Below the pieces are notes generated by a model that ran no database searches, was not told the origin of the DNA, and saw nothing but the letters and a program-made list of their open reading frames with translations. Positions 25,631 through 44,489 of a stretch of DNA of 64,000 nucleotides are shown in pieces. The stretch lies in NCBI GenBank assembly GCA_012295275.1, contig CM022670.1, positions 9,672,001 through 9,736,000 of the forward strand. The letters run 5' to 3'. Within the stretch, counting starts at the first letter, position 1. Every line of letters begins with the position of its first letter. This DNA comes from Chrysomallon squamiferum (lineage: Eukaryota > Animalia > Mollusca). Both the position numbers and the translations under genes were made by a program.

Positions 25631-27146
25631 TATATCTGCACAACATACATAAATTAGGCAAAGACAGTCACACAAACATATTTAAATACATTCACCATTT
25701 TCAACTGATAACTGGATAAGCCCAGAGAAAGGACCAGGTATCTCCCTATCCAACTTTTTCCAGTGACAACAAAGAATCTCAAGTGAAACGAGCAATAAAC
25801 ACACGTACAAATCAGTTACTGGATCATTCTTGATATAATGTGAACAAATGTTCAGTAATATTATCAGTAGTTATGTGTTGTATAATGTAAAAGAAAAACC
25901 ATACTCTTTTCCATAAATTACGTTACTGTATATTATGATGCTAGTTATTTCAAAATGACCAAGGTAATACTTTGTGAAACGTGGAGTAACATCTAGTTTC
26001 TTCCTATAATGTATCTGGTACTCGTGTTGTGTAAGTTTTTTCCACTCGAACCATAAGTGATCAGTGTTAAAGTACATAATATCAGCCATATATTAGATTA
26101 GATCACACATGCATTCATTATGTGAAATTATCTTCAGTTTAAGTACGTGTATGAAGATCAGTATCTGTCAGTCTCATCACTGGTAAAAATAACGGAAAAT
26201 TCCCTCTTCCTACTGGGCAAAGCTGTCATATATTTTATGTTTACCTAGAAAGTATTCACGCTATTTAAAATTATTGTACTATTAAAATACTTTAATGTAT
26301 AAACTTATTATCATTCAGTGCATGTTTTTTCTATTTTAATAATTTGTGAGATTCGTATTTTTCTTCTACGTTCTGACTCCGAAACTGCAGTTACGACCAA
26401 AAGCAGGTAAGATTAGATATAACATTGGGTATATACATGGAACAGGATTAGGCATGATTAATTATCTTAAATCTGATCTTTAGTATCAAAGTGTACATTC
26501 AGTATAAAATGACTGCACCCAGACAGGCATACACCGTTCACATTTGAATACATATTTCATTCATGAGAAAATCTTAGAATTCACTGAATGATAAGATTGA
26601 TAATATAATCATTTTAAACAGTGTAAATCCTTTCTAGTTGTCAATTTAATATTTAGCAATTTCACCATATTCCTGAAAATAATAGTTATTCTAGTTCAGA
26701 TGGAGACTTTTTATTTTTACGATATTATTATTATTACTATTACTATTATTATTTCTTTTTTCTTTTTTCATATTATATTTTTCTTATTATTAATGTATCT
26801 GTTTGTTTTTTGTTTTGTTTTTTATTTTACTTTTACTTTTATATTTAATATATTTTGTTTATTATTTATTTATTTACTTACTCTTTAATCCTGATTTATC
26901 GGATATAATAATTACGTTTCAGAACTGAATTATATTTTTATTAATAAAAACATAAAAAATGCCGAATTCATGGTAGTTATGTTTATCTAGAATGGTTTTT
27001 TTTTTTTTTATTGGCATTTTTAGTAATCAGGTAATGTCATGAATGTAAGAAGCAATAAGAAAACAAAAAAGAAAAGAATTAAACGGGGAAATAAAATCGG
27101 TGTTTTTCAAAAATAAAATCATAATAATGTGCATATATATATATAT

Positions 27147-27197
<51 letters not shown>

Positions 27198-27288
27198 TTT
27201 CATTATTATTATTATTCACAACATTTAGCGATGGCTAGTCTCGTTCGATTAGCAACAAGGGTTATTTGTTTATTTAAAAAAAAACATT

Positions 27289-27365
<77 letters not shown>

Positions 27366-29005
27366 AAGATTTATACTGTTCGTTTTCAATGTGGAAATAA
27401 TCATAATGGTATTAGTAGAACTAAATCCGCTATTATAACAATCAGATCTCTTCATAGTCATTTTTTGTTTTATTAAACCAAGTAAATCCAAATTAATGTT
27501 TCTTAATATCATAAATTATTGGAAAAAGAAAATAAGAGACTTGTGCATGTATAACAAAAAAAATATGTTTTCTTCCGAGCAAAATGATTCCTCGCGACTT
27601 CAACATACGATTTTATTTCAAAAACAGAAGAATAAGACCATGAAGCAATAACTTTTTATTGACCAAAATACCAAAATACAACATTTAAATATATTAAAAT
27701 TTAAAAGGAAAAGCTAAAAATTTCTTGCATTAAAAACACAACACGTTAGTTCAATAAGTTTGTTAGAAAGTACTTTAAATTTGTAACAAAAGTCACGAAG
27801 TTGCTTATTTCTATATATTTATTTATTATTACTTACTTCTTTATTTAATTGTTATATATATATATATTAAGCATAAATAATATTACCCTCTTACATTTTA
27901 TTTTATTTCAGTTTATTCTATTGTACTCTATTCTAGCAAAAATATATTACTTTTTCATATGTTTTATTTATATTTTATTTATTTTAAAATTATTTAGAAA
28001 AAATATTATAACCCTTTCATATATTATTTACTCAGTTTAAGTGACTGTTTGCTTGAGAATTTTGCTAAAAGTAATCCAACAGAATATACAGGCACACTTT
28101 GCTACAATGTAAGTTTGTCTTCGCGTGCTTTAGCCATTGCGATATCATATTTGTTATAAAAGACTTGTATCAAGGGCAGAAGAAAGATGAGCGAGTATGA
28201 CCCTTCGTATCAACTATCATTTTATTTAAAAACTCATACGTGATATCTGTTTTCACATGGTGTGCTTATTTATTTATTTTATTTATTTACTTTTTATTAT
28301 TATTATTTTTATTTTTTATTTATTTATTTTTATTGTATTATTTTTTTTTTTTCATATTTGTTGTTGTTGTCAGTATTATTATATTAATTAATTTAATTAA
28401 TTATTTCAGTTTTTAGGAAAGTAATGAATATACGCAATGTTTAGATAAATTACCACTTCAGTACACTGTAATGATTTTCACAAGAACAATATTTTCATAA
28501 ATGTTTCTTCAGCTTCATTTAACAGTATGCCGTATGATCTACTTGAAACAGCTTGTGATAAATATTTAACGTAGCAATGGTTATAATGAGTAATAAAGCA
28601 ACAAAAGCTCTTATTAAATACAAAGAATGTAAATATAGTTGTGTTGTGGAAAATACAAATAATGAAAATAATTACGCTATTGTAACTGCACAAAATGAAA
28701 ATAATCTAAAATTTAAAAACAAAATGTTGAATTAAATCACCTGCGTAAACAAAAAATTAAGCTAACGAGGATACACAAATAAGCTCCGAAAATACACAAG
28801 ATATAAAAAGAAAAAGAAACAACAGCAATGAAGAACATGAAGCGCGTTACAACACTTTGCGTTTGTTTTCCAGTCAGTCTGATTGAGTACATCCTAGTCT
28901 TACATCTGTACAGCTATTTTAATTTTTCATGTCAGTAATTATGTATGTATATATAAGTCAGCTATAGACTGTAAACAAGAAACTGTTCACTGCAGTGTTC
29001 ATCTT

Positions 29006-30172
29006 TCAACGCATTCTCTGAAGGGTTCGGCTAGCTTCACTCATGATAGCATTAACATCAGATTGACGTGGTGGTGCCAGGTTGATGAAAGGATTCGCCG
29101 CATCCAAAAGGACAGGTCTTGGTCTACAACAAGAATCCGAAATGAGACTGAAAAATTCTAGTACTTGTTGTCATATTTAATAAACACTTGGTGTATATAC
29201 AGGTGTACGTACGTATATTTGTATCTATACGTGTTAGTACCTATGTACATAAGTATTCGTGTTTAATGAAAGTGGCAAGAAAAAGAGGCAAGAAAAAGAG
29301 GCAAGATAATCCCAAATGAAATATATGTAATTATATTAAACACTTCTCTGAAGATAAAGATGGAGATAGACTCAGAACAAACATCAGATGCCTCTAACAA
29401 GACTCGAACCTGCCTCGCATTCACTCGTAACCACTGGCGGACTACTCAGTACGAGATGGTATATATGTATGAATATACAGAAAAACATATATGTAGACGT
29501 TTTAATCTTTACTTACGGAATCCTTCTGTACTTGGACACGTCATAGCGATCTTCCCACAATACCCTTATGTTTGAAAAATCTGCCAGTGCTTCCATAACT
29601 TTCTGGAATTTCTCCTTCATTGAAAAACTCTGAGGTTGTCCCCATTCTCGCCACAAATGTATAATGAGGAGTTCGGCGGCATATGATTTAAGTGGGACGT
29701 CATTGGTCTGTAAACAGAATATTCAAAAATACGTTCAAAGAAAAAAAGAGTGTGTAATACCAAATACTGCAAGACATGATTTTAATTTTAGGTAAGAAAA
29801 ACATTTAGATACGTTATCTTTAAAATTTCATTAAGTCTGTCAAGATATCCTAAAGATGTATCTTTGTACCGATATATATTTATCATTTTTTATTATTTCG
29901 ATATTTACTCATTCATTCACACAATACATACTTCTTTCCAGTACTTGACAAGTCGAATCAGATTTTTAACACTGACAGGAACATCTCTCACGAATTCTGT
30001 TTGCCTCTTTGACAAACAGCCACAATAGTTTCGCTGTTCATCTGTCGACTGGTACTTCATTTCATCATAGACAGAAGACAGCGTTTCTGAAATTACAAAA
30101 TGACAGAGAAATTCCACTCTGAACTCTATTTCTGTTTGTGTGTATTACAGTACGATTCTGAAATCTAAGGTC

Positions 30173-30219
<47 letters not shown>

Positions 30220-30877
30220 TATGTTTGTATTAATAATTTGTTTCAAGATGTTTTATTTCGTGAAATTTTGAATAACTGAAATATTTGCTACACAGATTGT
30301 CAATTGATTACGTTCAAATCATTTTATATATTATCAAAAAAACAACAACACACCCCCATTCAAATGCACAACAAATAAAGAATTAATCCAGGTGCTAAGT
30401 GGCGATACTTGTTTTGAAGACAGACAAATAAAGTGATGAGAAACGAGAGGAAAATGATGACAACGCGTTTTCAAACTGATCTTACTGGTAGCAAGAAGAT
30501 CCAGTGCTGGAAGAAGATCGACTTTAATTGGTTTCTGGTAACCGGGTAGTGTCACTTCAAACTGGACTGTGAATTTGGTTCTCCCAAGATTTTTTGCTTC
30601 TCTTGCCCAGTTGAAATCTTTCCTCACATGTTTTTCCAAATCATCTAATATTCGTGGCAAACGAGACCGGAACTCGTCCATCGTTTTATAGTCGTTTGTA
30701 AACATCAAAAGATCAACATCCGAGCTATCCAAAATATTCGTTGACTTGCCCAAAGATCCTCCCTAGAATCAGTGAAATAAATTTACTGATATTATACATA
30801 CGTACATACATACATACATACATACATACGTTATATATATATAGCAATGAAATAAATAATATCTATGTCGGTTAATA

Positions 30878-30921
<44 letters not shown>

Positions 30922-32069
30922 CTTTCACACACACACACACACACAAATGAGATTGAAATTGACATTTTACTGGAAATTGCTTTAATTTTCCTATTTTCTA
31001 CACAATTAGTGGACAATTCTCAATGCCATAGCCATTCTCCATTTTAACTAATTCAATAATATTGGTAAAAAGTATGAGTGTTTTGAGACTACCTCTAATA
31101 AAAAAAATATATATATATATATATATATATACTGAACTAAAAACAAAAACTTCCGATTTCCACATATAGGATTTGTTGTTTTAAAGAATTCCTGTGTAAT
31201 GAAATTATATAAGTGATATTAGCCTTGAGATTCATGAATCTTATCGATTATTTTTGCACTGTTAATCGTCAACAACGTGAAACTCAATTTGCACGTGCGT
31301 GCATGGTTCAATATGTCCCGTATACTATTCGGTAAATTTGTTTTTCTTGTCTTACTTGTATGGAGAAATGAACGTTATGCTGACTGTTGTGTTCTTGAAC
31401 GAGATCGTTTTGGGGGTGGGGGTTCTGTCGTGATGTGGGCGGGCATTGCCCATGGTTACTGTTCACCACTAGCGTCACTGATGGTATTTTAAATTCTCAG
31501 TGTTCCTGATGACTCAGCACGCCACTGACTTCAAATGGAGGGCGGCAACCAATCAGTTCAAGAGGTCGTCATACATCTGTGTTTCCATATTAAAATGTGT
31601 TTGTGTTCGGAAGGTTTCTGGTTTTTTGTTTTTTTTTTATTTTTTCTTCCTTTATATATATATATATATATATATCCATAGATATAGATATAGATATAGA
31701 TAGATAGATAATGGAACATAGATATATAGATATAGATTACAAATACGATATAGATAGATAGATATATAGATATATATCCCCTACCTATATTTAGTCAAAA
31801 TGTCTCCCAGTTTCTCTTAACCTATGGCCATGATTTTTACACCAAACAATACATAATGGAACATATATATATATACTTACGACAAATAACTCTCTGACAC
31901 TATATGGTGTGCTGTGTTGTACAAACAGCTTCAAACGCTCGACGAGTTCATGGCTTTTTCTTTTGTAGATTTCATCAGGAAAAACTTTCCTTTTCATGAA
32001 ACCGTCAAGATTTTCTCCCGAGCGGGTATCATCCAAAACTCGAACATGCCAAAACTGATCAGCGGCCAT
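29006..32069 (-). CDS. 2'-5'-oligoadenylate synthetase-like protein, OAS-A (~309 aa, no zinc fingers)
   Basis: Exons 31881-32069, 30486-30762, 29932-30086, 29517-29707, 29006-29123 (930 nt, in frame). Motifs GGSLGKSTNILDSSDVDL, third Asp in KVDLLPALD, KNLIRLVKYWK, SYAAELL and RPVLLDAANP match OAS1-family signatures. Confidence 0.9.
31130..31500 (+). mobile_element. Degenerate Tc1-family transposon fragment in an OAS-A intron
   Basis: Translation WRNERYADCCVLERDRFGGGGSVVMWAGI resembles the Tc1 DDE transposase segment (GGGSVMVWxGI). It is absent from the equivalent introns of OAS-B and OAS-D. Boundaries are approximate. Confidence 0.7.
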
Positions 32070-33923
32070 CCTCGCAAAACGTAAAACAATGATGACACCT
32101 ATATAATCTTTAAATAATAATAATAAATATAACAACGACAACAACAACCACAACGACGACAATAATATTAACAATAGCATTAACAATAATAAAATCATAG
32201 TTCTGTTAACTGCAAGGCGATTTATTCATGAAACCTAATTTCCAACACCTATTGAGGTTTTCCTGGTAATAAACTGATATGGATTATTACTCCCCTTTTC
32301 CTAGAAATGTTGTTTACCTTTTTGTTTTTCTGCGTGATCTTTGCTCTAGAGACTAAATGCGAGTTCGTCAGGTGTATGATAGATGTACGAACTTACTGTT
32401 ACTTTCAGAAAACAGATTATTGTTTCTTTCCTTTTCTTTCTTTCTTTCTTTTTTTATTTACTTGTCTGTTTGATAAATTCTGATAAATAATCCAATTTGT
32501 TTGTAAATTATATAAATATTTAAAGAAAAAAATATTGAATCAAACTGCAGTATCTTTCTTGTCAGCTTTATTTATGAAGAAAAAATCGAACTTTTCAGCT
32601 GTAAAATATATGCATATGTACCTGGAAATCAATCCACGTAACGGCATGAAATCTGGACTACATTAATTAAACTGCTACATAATGATAATATAAATAACGT
32701 AAAATTCACCTGTAAATATGCGTATTATATCGAGCAAATATTTACATTGTATACTTAAAGAATACAGATGCGCCTACAAATAACAATATTAAAAATAGAC
32801 ATACATATATATAAAATACAGTGCCGGATTATCAACGTAGCACATGAATGTTCGTTTTCCAAACTGCGCCGCGTAAGAAATGCACAAAGAACGACGATGG
32901 AAAAAAGAAAAACGTTTAAATATATTGACGTTAATGAGCATCGAATGCGAGTTGGTAACCATCATAGCATTATTTCAGTATTAGGAAAACATGATTGCAT
33001 GTTGTTAACTCTGATGAGACGGTACATGAACAGCTCCAATGCCCCTACCTATGCAAAAACTTGACAAATCGCTCAACGGGTCATGATGGCAGTATGCAAA
33101 ATAGTTGTTATCTGGCCTACGTGCAACAAATCAGGAGAAGAGTCAACAGACACGGAATCCTACTTGGCCTCTTTCGCTTCATAAATGATGAACTCGTCAC
33201 ACCTAGCTTTTGACAGATAGGATGTGATTCCTTTGCCTTTACTGGAATAGCTTGTGATGTGCTCTCTACTAACATCTTAAGTAAAGCGTGATTGAGATTT
33301 GAATAATGACTTAAACTGGTAAAATATGCAGTTTTTTTCCCAGAAATAATTTCGTAAATAAGGACTTGCGAAAGCCTGATGTATCATTTTAATGCTAAAT
33401 ACTGATCAACAATAATAATAGTGCGCCATTAAAAGAAGGTACATTTAAAGAAATCCACAACATATCATATCCAGATATTAACACGTATGCTCCAAAGGCA
33501 CCAACGGTGATGACTGCAAATGGGTCCAACTATTTACCGTTAAGACACTCTTAATATATCACAAGATGTCCCAAAGATACACCAAGACTTCAAAAATATT
33601 GCAAAATTAATCTCTAAACAAAAAACAGAAACAAAGGCTATAGTCAAAATCCTGATACCAAGTATTTTGTTTATGAAAAAAAAACAGAAAATGATCCGCC
33701 GGGCATTTGCTACATGTGCTACGTTGTAAATCCGGCACTGCATATGTAGTATAATATTTAAATAACTCCTGTATATGTATTATATCGAACACCTAAATAT
33801 TCTTGAACTGTTCACATACGCCTACAAACATCACTATTAAAAATATTAACATATATAAAAGACTGTTAAATATTAACATATATAACAGTTTAAATAGAGA
33901 AAAAAAAAAAAACATTCGTTTAC

Positions 33924-34200
33924 CTGTAAGGTGAGAAACCAACACAAAAATTACTGATAACGCGCACTTGAAATTTTCCTAGTAATTCTGACGTAAACTC
34001 TTCGCTTTTCCTAGAAATTTGTTTCCGAAAGATATTTTATTATATAAACTTAAAAGCATAACCTGGATATCCCAACACTGTGATCATCTCCGACTCTAAA
34101 GTCAGTAATTGTCCTAACTCACAGACATCCAGTTTTTCTATTTATACAGATATTGTCTAAACTGAAAATTGTAAACTTTAAAAAGGCTTTTTTTAGCTTA
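33924..34200 (-). promoter_or_regulatory. Putative promoter/first exon of OAS-A with GAS sites
   Basis: Donor cag|gtaaac at 33924, TTCCTAGTAA 33976, TGACGTAA, TTCCTAGAA 34008. A second copy lies at ~35207-35420 (TTCCTAGAA 35291), with further GAS sites at 32298 and 33337 (TTCCCAGAA). Confidence 0.55.
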
Positions 34201-36889
34201 CGATAATATTTCCGTGAATCAATACGTAATTAACACCTGACTGCTTTGCAGCGCGACACAAGCTAGGGGTTGCCTCAAAATACACAGTTTACTTCATAGG
34301 ATCACTGTATACATAGTATTTGTACATATGCATATACATTCGCGTTTTTTTTTTTTTTTTTTCAATTAGGTAGCGTTTTCTGATTTTCCCGTTCACGCAT
34401 TATAATTCACATGTAATCTCTATAAAGATTAGCGTCAAAATACGGAACAATTTGATGCTGAAAATAATTGTATCTCTATACATTTATACAGCATTAATTT
34501 CGTGTATGTAGAAAATACGCAGAGAAAACCTTCATCTAAGTTACTTGAAATATAATTCAAAAAATCATTGTTGGTAAGCAAGCACATTATTAGATAATTT
34601 TATTAATGTTATGATTCCATCAGTGCATCCGTGAACTATGTATTATTGTGTCCTGCGGTCCAGTATCAGGTCGCTGTTAACCGCACACACAGTCACACAG
34701 GTAATAAAGAAATGAACTAAGTAGCTAGATTGTATTTATCATGTACCACTAAACAGAATTCATTTTCGGACTATTTATTCATCTTTTCTACTAACTGAGC
34801 TATAACAGATGGTTTAGCTGACCTCGCCAATTTTGTTCTCAACTAACATCGTTTTAATTTCGAAAGACTAACCCCATCCACCCCAACCCGACTCGTACAC
34901 CTGTATTAATCACCGAGGTTTACAAACATCACATTCCATTTATCTCTTCTCATAAGCGGTTCCAAAAGCAGCAATCGTGTATCCAGTGGGAAAAACAGTC
35001 TTTGCAATTTAAAATGGAACAAATAACTGTTCCGTATTTCGAACAGTTAGCTCCTGTATTCGTATTATATCGAATACCTAAATATTCTTATAGTGTTCAG
35101 ATACGCCTACAAATATCTCTATTAAAAATATTAACATATATAAAAGACTAAAAACAAAAATTAACAGTTTAAATAGAGAAAAAAAAACCCAGCAACATTC
35201 GTTTACCTGCAAGGTGAGCAACCAACACAAAAATGATTAATAACGCCCACCTGAAATTTTCCTAGTAATTCTGATGTAAACTCTTCGTTTTTCCTAGAAG
35301 CATGACATGGATGTTCCCGATGTAACTCTATCGCCGTTCACGATTCTTTTGTCAGTAACTTATATCTATGGATATTATCTAAACTGAAAGTTGAAAAGTT
35401 TAAAAAGGCTTTTTTAGCTTACGAGGAAATTTCCGTCGACCAATACGAGATTAACTCCTGACTGCATCCCAGCACGATGTAAGTGAGGGGTTGCATCAAA
35501 ATAAGTAGTTTACTTCACAGAATCACTGTATATGCAGTATTTGTACATATACAAGTATCTTTCTATAAAACTGAGCAGAAATCTGTGCGTTTTCTTTTCC
35601 TTTAATTAGCTAGTTTTAGGCTCATGTGATTTTTACCGTGTGCAACCGTTTATGTATTATCAATCACATTTAAGCTGTATAAAGTTTAACGTCAAAATAC
35701 GTCACTATTTGATGTTGAAAATGATGGTATCTAAATACGTTTATACAACATTAGTTTCGTGTATGTAGAAAATACACAGAGAAAACTTTCATCTAAGCTG
35801 CTTTAAATATAATTTAAAAATTCACTGCTGGTAAGCAAACACGTTATTAAATCATTATTTTATCTTGTCATTCCATGTTCTGCGGTACAGTATCAGGTAA
35901 GCTGTTAACCGCACACACAGTCACACAGGTAATAAAGAAATGAACTAAGTAGCTAGATTGTAATTATCATGTACCACTAAACAGAATTCATTTTCGGACT
36001 ATTTATCCATCTTTTAACCTATCCAACTTTTTCCAGTGACAACAAAGAATCTCAAGTGAAACGAGCAATAAACACACGTACATTTCAGTTACTGGACCAT
36101 TCTTGATATAATGTGAACAAATCTTCAGTAATATTATCAGTAGTTATGTATGTATGTATAATGTAAAAGAAAAACCACACTCTTTTCTATATATTACGCT
36201 ACTGTACATTATGATGCTAGTTATTTCAAAATGACTAAGGTAAAATCTGATTTTTAGAAAAGTGTACATTCAGTTTCTTCCTGTAAATGTATCTGGTACT
36301 CATGTTGTGTAAGTTTTTTCCACTCAAAGCAAAAGTGATCATTCATGAGAAAATCTTAGAATGCACTGAATGATAAGATTGATAATATAATCATTTTAAA
36401 CAGTGTAAATCCTTTCTAGTTGTCAGTTTAATATTTAGCAATTTCACCATATTCCTGAAAATAATAGTTATTCTAGTTCAGATGTAGGCTTTTTATTTTT
36501 TCGATATTATTATTATTGTTTTTTTATATATATATATATTATTTTTTTTTTTTTTTTTTCATTATTTTTTTTTTTTTTATTTTTTTTTTATTTATATCTG
36601 TTTTTTTTTTGTTTTGTTTTTTGTTTGTTTTTATTTATCGGTTATAATTTTTTTTTATGTTTTTTAAAAATTTATCGGTTATAAATAATTTGAATTCATG
36701 ACAGTTTTGTTTATGTATATATATTGTGTATGTATTTTTTATTATTCGGATTATTATTATTATTATTATTATTATTAAAAACATTATTATTATTATTATT
36801 AAAAAAAACATTTAAAAATTAGTTTTCATTATTATTGTCTCGTTCGATTAGCAACAAGGGTTATTTATTTATTTAAAAACAATTTTCTT

Positions 36890-36951
<62 letters not shown>

Positions 36952-37936
36952 TCTCTCTGTCTCTCTCTTCAAGATTTATACTGTTCGTTTTCAATGTGCA
37001 AATAATCATAAAGGTATTAGTGGAACTAAATCCACTATTATAAAAATCAGATCTCTTTATAGTCATTTTTTGTTTTATTAAACCCAGTAAATCCAAATTA
37101 ATGTTTCTTAATATCATAAATTATTGGAAAAAGAAAATAAGAGACTTGTGCGTGTATAACAAAAAAAATATGTTTTCTTCCGAGCAAAATGATTCCTCGC
37201 GACTTCAACATACGATTTTATTTCAAAAACAGAAGAATAAGACCATGAAGCAATAACTTTTTATTGACCAAAGTACCAAAATATAACATTTAAATATTTG
37301 AAAATTTAATAGGAAAAGCTAAATATTTCTAGGATTAAAAACAAAAAACGCAAAGAAACACAAAACGTTAGTTCAATAAGTTTGTTAGAAATTACTTTAA
37401 ATTTGTTCCAAAATTATTAATATTAATTCTTATCAGTTTTTGTAACAAAAGTCATGAAGTTGCTTATTTCTATTTATTTATTATTACTAACTTCTTTATT
37501 TAATTGTTATATATATATATATATTAAGCATAAATAATATTACCCTCTCGCATTTTATTTCAATTTATTCTATTCTATTCTATTCTATTCTAGCAAAAAT
37601 ATTATTACTTTTTCATATTTTTTATTCATATTGTATTTGTTTTAAAATTATTTAGAAAAAATATTATAACCCTTTCATATATTATTTACTTAGTTTAAGT
37701 GACTGTTTGCTTGAGAATTTTGCTAAAAGTAATCCAACAGAATATACAGGCACACTTTGCTACAATGTAAGTTTGTCTTCGCGTACTTTAGTCATTGCGA
37801 TATCATATTTGTTATAAAAGACTTGTATCAAGAGCAGAAGAAAGATGAGCGAGTATGACCCTTCGTATCAACTATCATTTTATTTAAAAACTCATACGTG
37901 ATATCTGTTTTCACATGGTGTGCTTATTTATTTATT

Positions 37937-37991
<55 letters not shown>

Positions 37992-38754
37992 TTTTATTTA
38001 TTTTTTATTATTATTATTATTTATTTTTATTTTTTATTTATTTATTTTTATTGTATTATTCTTTTTTTTTTCATATTTGTTGTTGTTGTCAGTATTATTA
38101 TATTAATTAATTTAATTAATTATTTTAGTTTTTTTGAAAGTAATGAATATACGCAATGTTTAGATAAATTACCACTTCAGTACACTGTAATGATTTTGAC
38201 AAGAACAATATTTTCATAAATATTTCTTTACCATCATTTAACAGTATGCCGTATGATCTACTTGAAACAGCTTGTGATAAATATTTAACGTAGCAATGGT
38301 TATAATGAGTAATAAAGCAACAAAAGATCTTATTAAATATAAAGAATGTAAATATAGTTGTGTTGTGAAAAAATACAAATAATGAAAATAATTACGCTAT
38401 TGTAACTGCACAAAATGAAAATAATCTAAAATTTAAAAACAAAATGATGTAAAATTTAAAAACAAATTGTTGAATTAAATCACCTGCGTAAACAAAAAAT
38501 TAAGCTAACGAAGATACACAAATAAGCTCCCAAAATACACAAGATATAAAAAGAAAAAGAAAAAGAAACAGCAGCAATGAACAACATGAAGGGCGTTACA
38601 ACACTTTGCGTTTGTTTTCCTGTCAATCTGATTGAGTACATCCTAGTCTTACATCTGTACAGCTATTTTAATATTTCATATCTGTAATTATGTATGTATA
38701 TATATGTCAGCTACAGACTGTAAACAAGAAACTGTTCACTGCAGTGTTCATCTT

Positions 38755-43153
<4,399 letters not shown>

Positions 43154-43272
43154 ACTTGGGAATTGGTATTTCTGTCAATATCCGAAATAACAAAACATAA
43201 ACAATACTGATACGACACAGTATATAGGTCTGTTAATGTATTTCACAAAATTCAAATAGTAGAGGTCTGTCC

Positions 43273-43310
<38 letters not shown>

Positions 43311-43566
43311 AACTTTCACATTCCCTCAATCTCCTTTCTTTTCTTTTCTTTACTATTTTTTCATTTCTTCTTTTTTCTTTTTTTCTTTTTCTCTTTCTTT
43401 TCCATTTTTTTTTTTATTTTTTTTATTTTTTTGACTTTACCATTTCTTTTTGGTCGTTACTTACTGTTAGGAAACATGCTCTTAGTTTCTTTTCGCCTGT
43501 GGCAATATTAATTGTTTTAGACGGCAGTGTGCAGTTCCATTATGCACTTAGTCTAGGTGGGCACTT

Positions 43567-44489
43567 TGTTACATAACCCCTCCACGCGACAGCCACCCCT
43601 AATACACAGCTACAACATGTGGCCAGTACTTACATAATACATCCGCTAGTTCTGTTTACTACCAGGGTTTTGTCTGCGAACTGGCGACAGTAAGTCTCAC
43701 CAACTAAGAAAATATGTCGTCGGGGTCGCGTTGGAAATATCACTTGTAAGATTTAGAGAGACACGGGGAGAGACATAGTTAGTCCGACAAGACTTGATAA
43801 CGATATATTTTCTGCTCTTTTGTATATCCTTGATGTCATTGATGTGACTTTTGAAATACCTATGTGTTTTGATACTATTATTTAAACGAAGTAAATTGTA
43901 AGCTTCACTGTCTAAAATTATCAGCCAGTCATCCTAGAGGACCTAGGTAAACCGTAGGTTATTGTCTTTATTCTGATAAGGACCAGTATTAATTCTGTAT
44001 TACAAGGTTCCTGATAATAAAATATGCCGTTAAGGATTAATTAAAAATTATCCAGTTAGGAATAGAGTTGTAATTCCTTTATTAATTAAGTTCACCTGGC
44101 TGCGTTTCTCAGTTATCAGTCGTGAATGTGTGGTATCACGGTGAAGTGAATAGAATATTGTGTAAACTAGACACCTGGTCATTAACTGATTAAGTGAGTA
44201 GTTCTGGGTTGGTATTATTATCGTTGTTGTTAGATATTTAACTGCGGCAAATATATTTGTCAGCTTAGGGTTAATACAGATTCCAAAATGTATTGTGTTT
44301 TGTTGTGTTTTCTAGTGAACTACATTGTATATACTTTATATAAGATCTTATCTCTGATCATACCTACAGCCAAGCCACTCGGGTATCGAACTACCCCATA
44401 CAGAGAGATCTAATAGATATGCAGTCAGGACAGACATTTTGGATAATCGTCTTTTATTCAGTTACGGGTATTATAGGATCCCCGTGACA
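43567..44489. mobile_element. Solo-LTR-like element (~920 bp) upstream of the OAS-B zinc-finger exon
   Basis: TGTTAC...GTGACA termini (TG..CA with a short inverted repeat), flanked by a short CTT/ACTT direct repeat (TSD ambiguous). No ORF. An orthologous insertion lies at 61807-62829. Confidence 0.6.

Noticed and set aside
26190-26210. NF-kB-like sites (GGAAAATTCCC; similar at ~23708, ~35425, ~41366)
   Set aside because: Mostly imperfect and not consistently conserved between paralogous modules; too weak to call.
23956-28693. Short ORFs recurring in spacers (e.g. MHISSRFLIL, MADIMYFNTD, MCSYNSVII)
   Set aside because: Recurrence reflects recent segmental duplication. They have no recognisable domains and their frames break in other copies.
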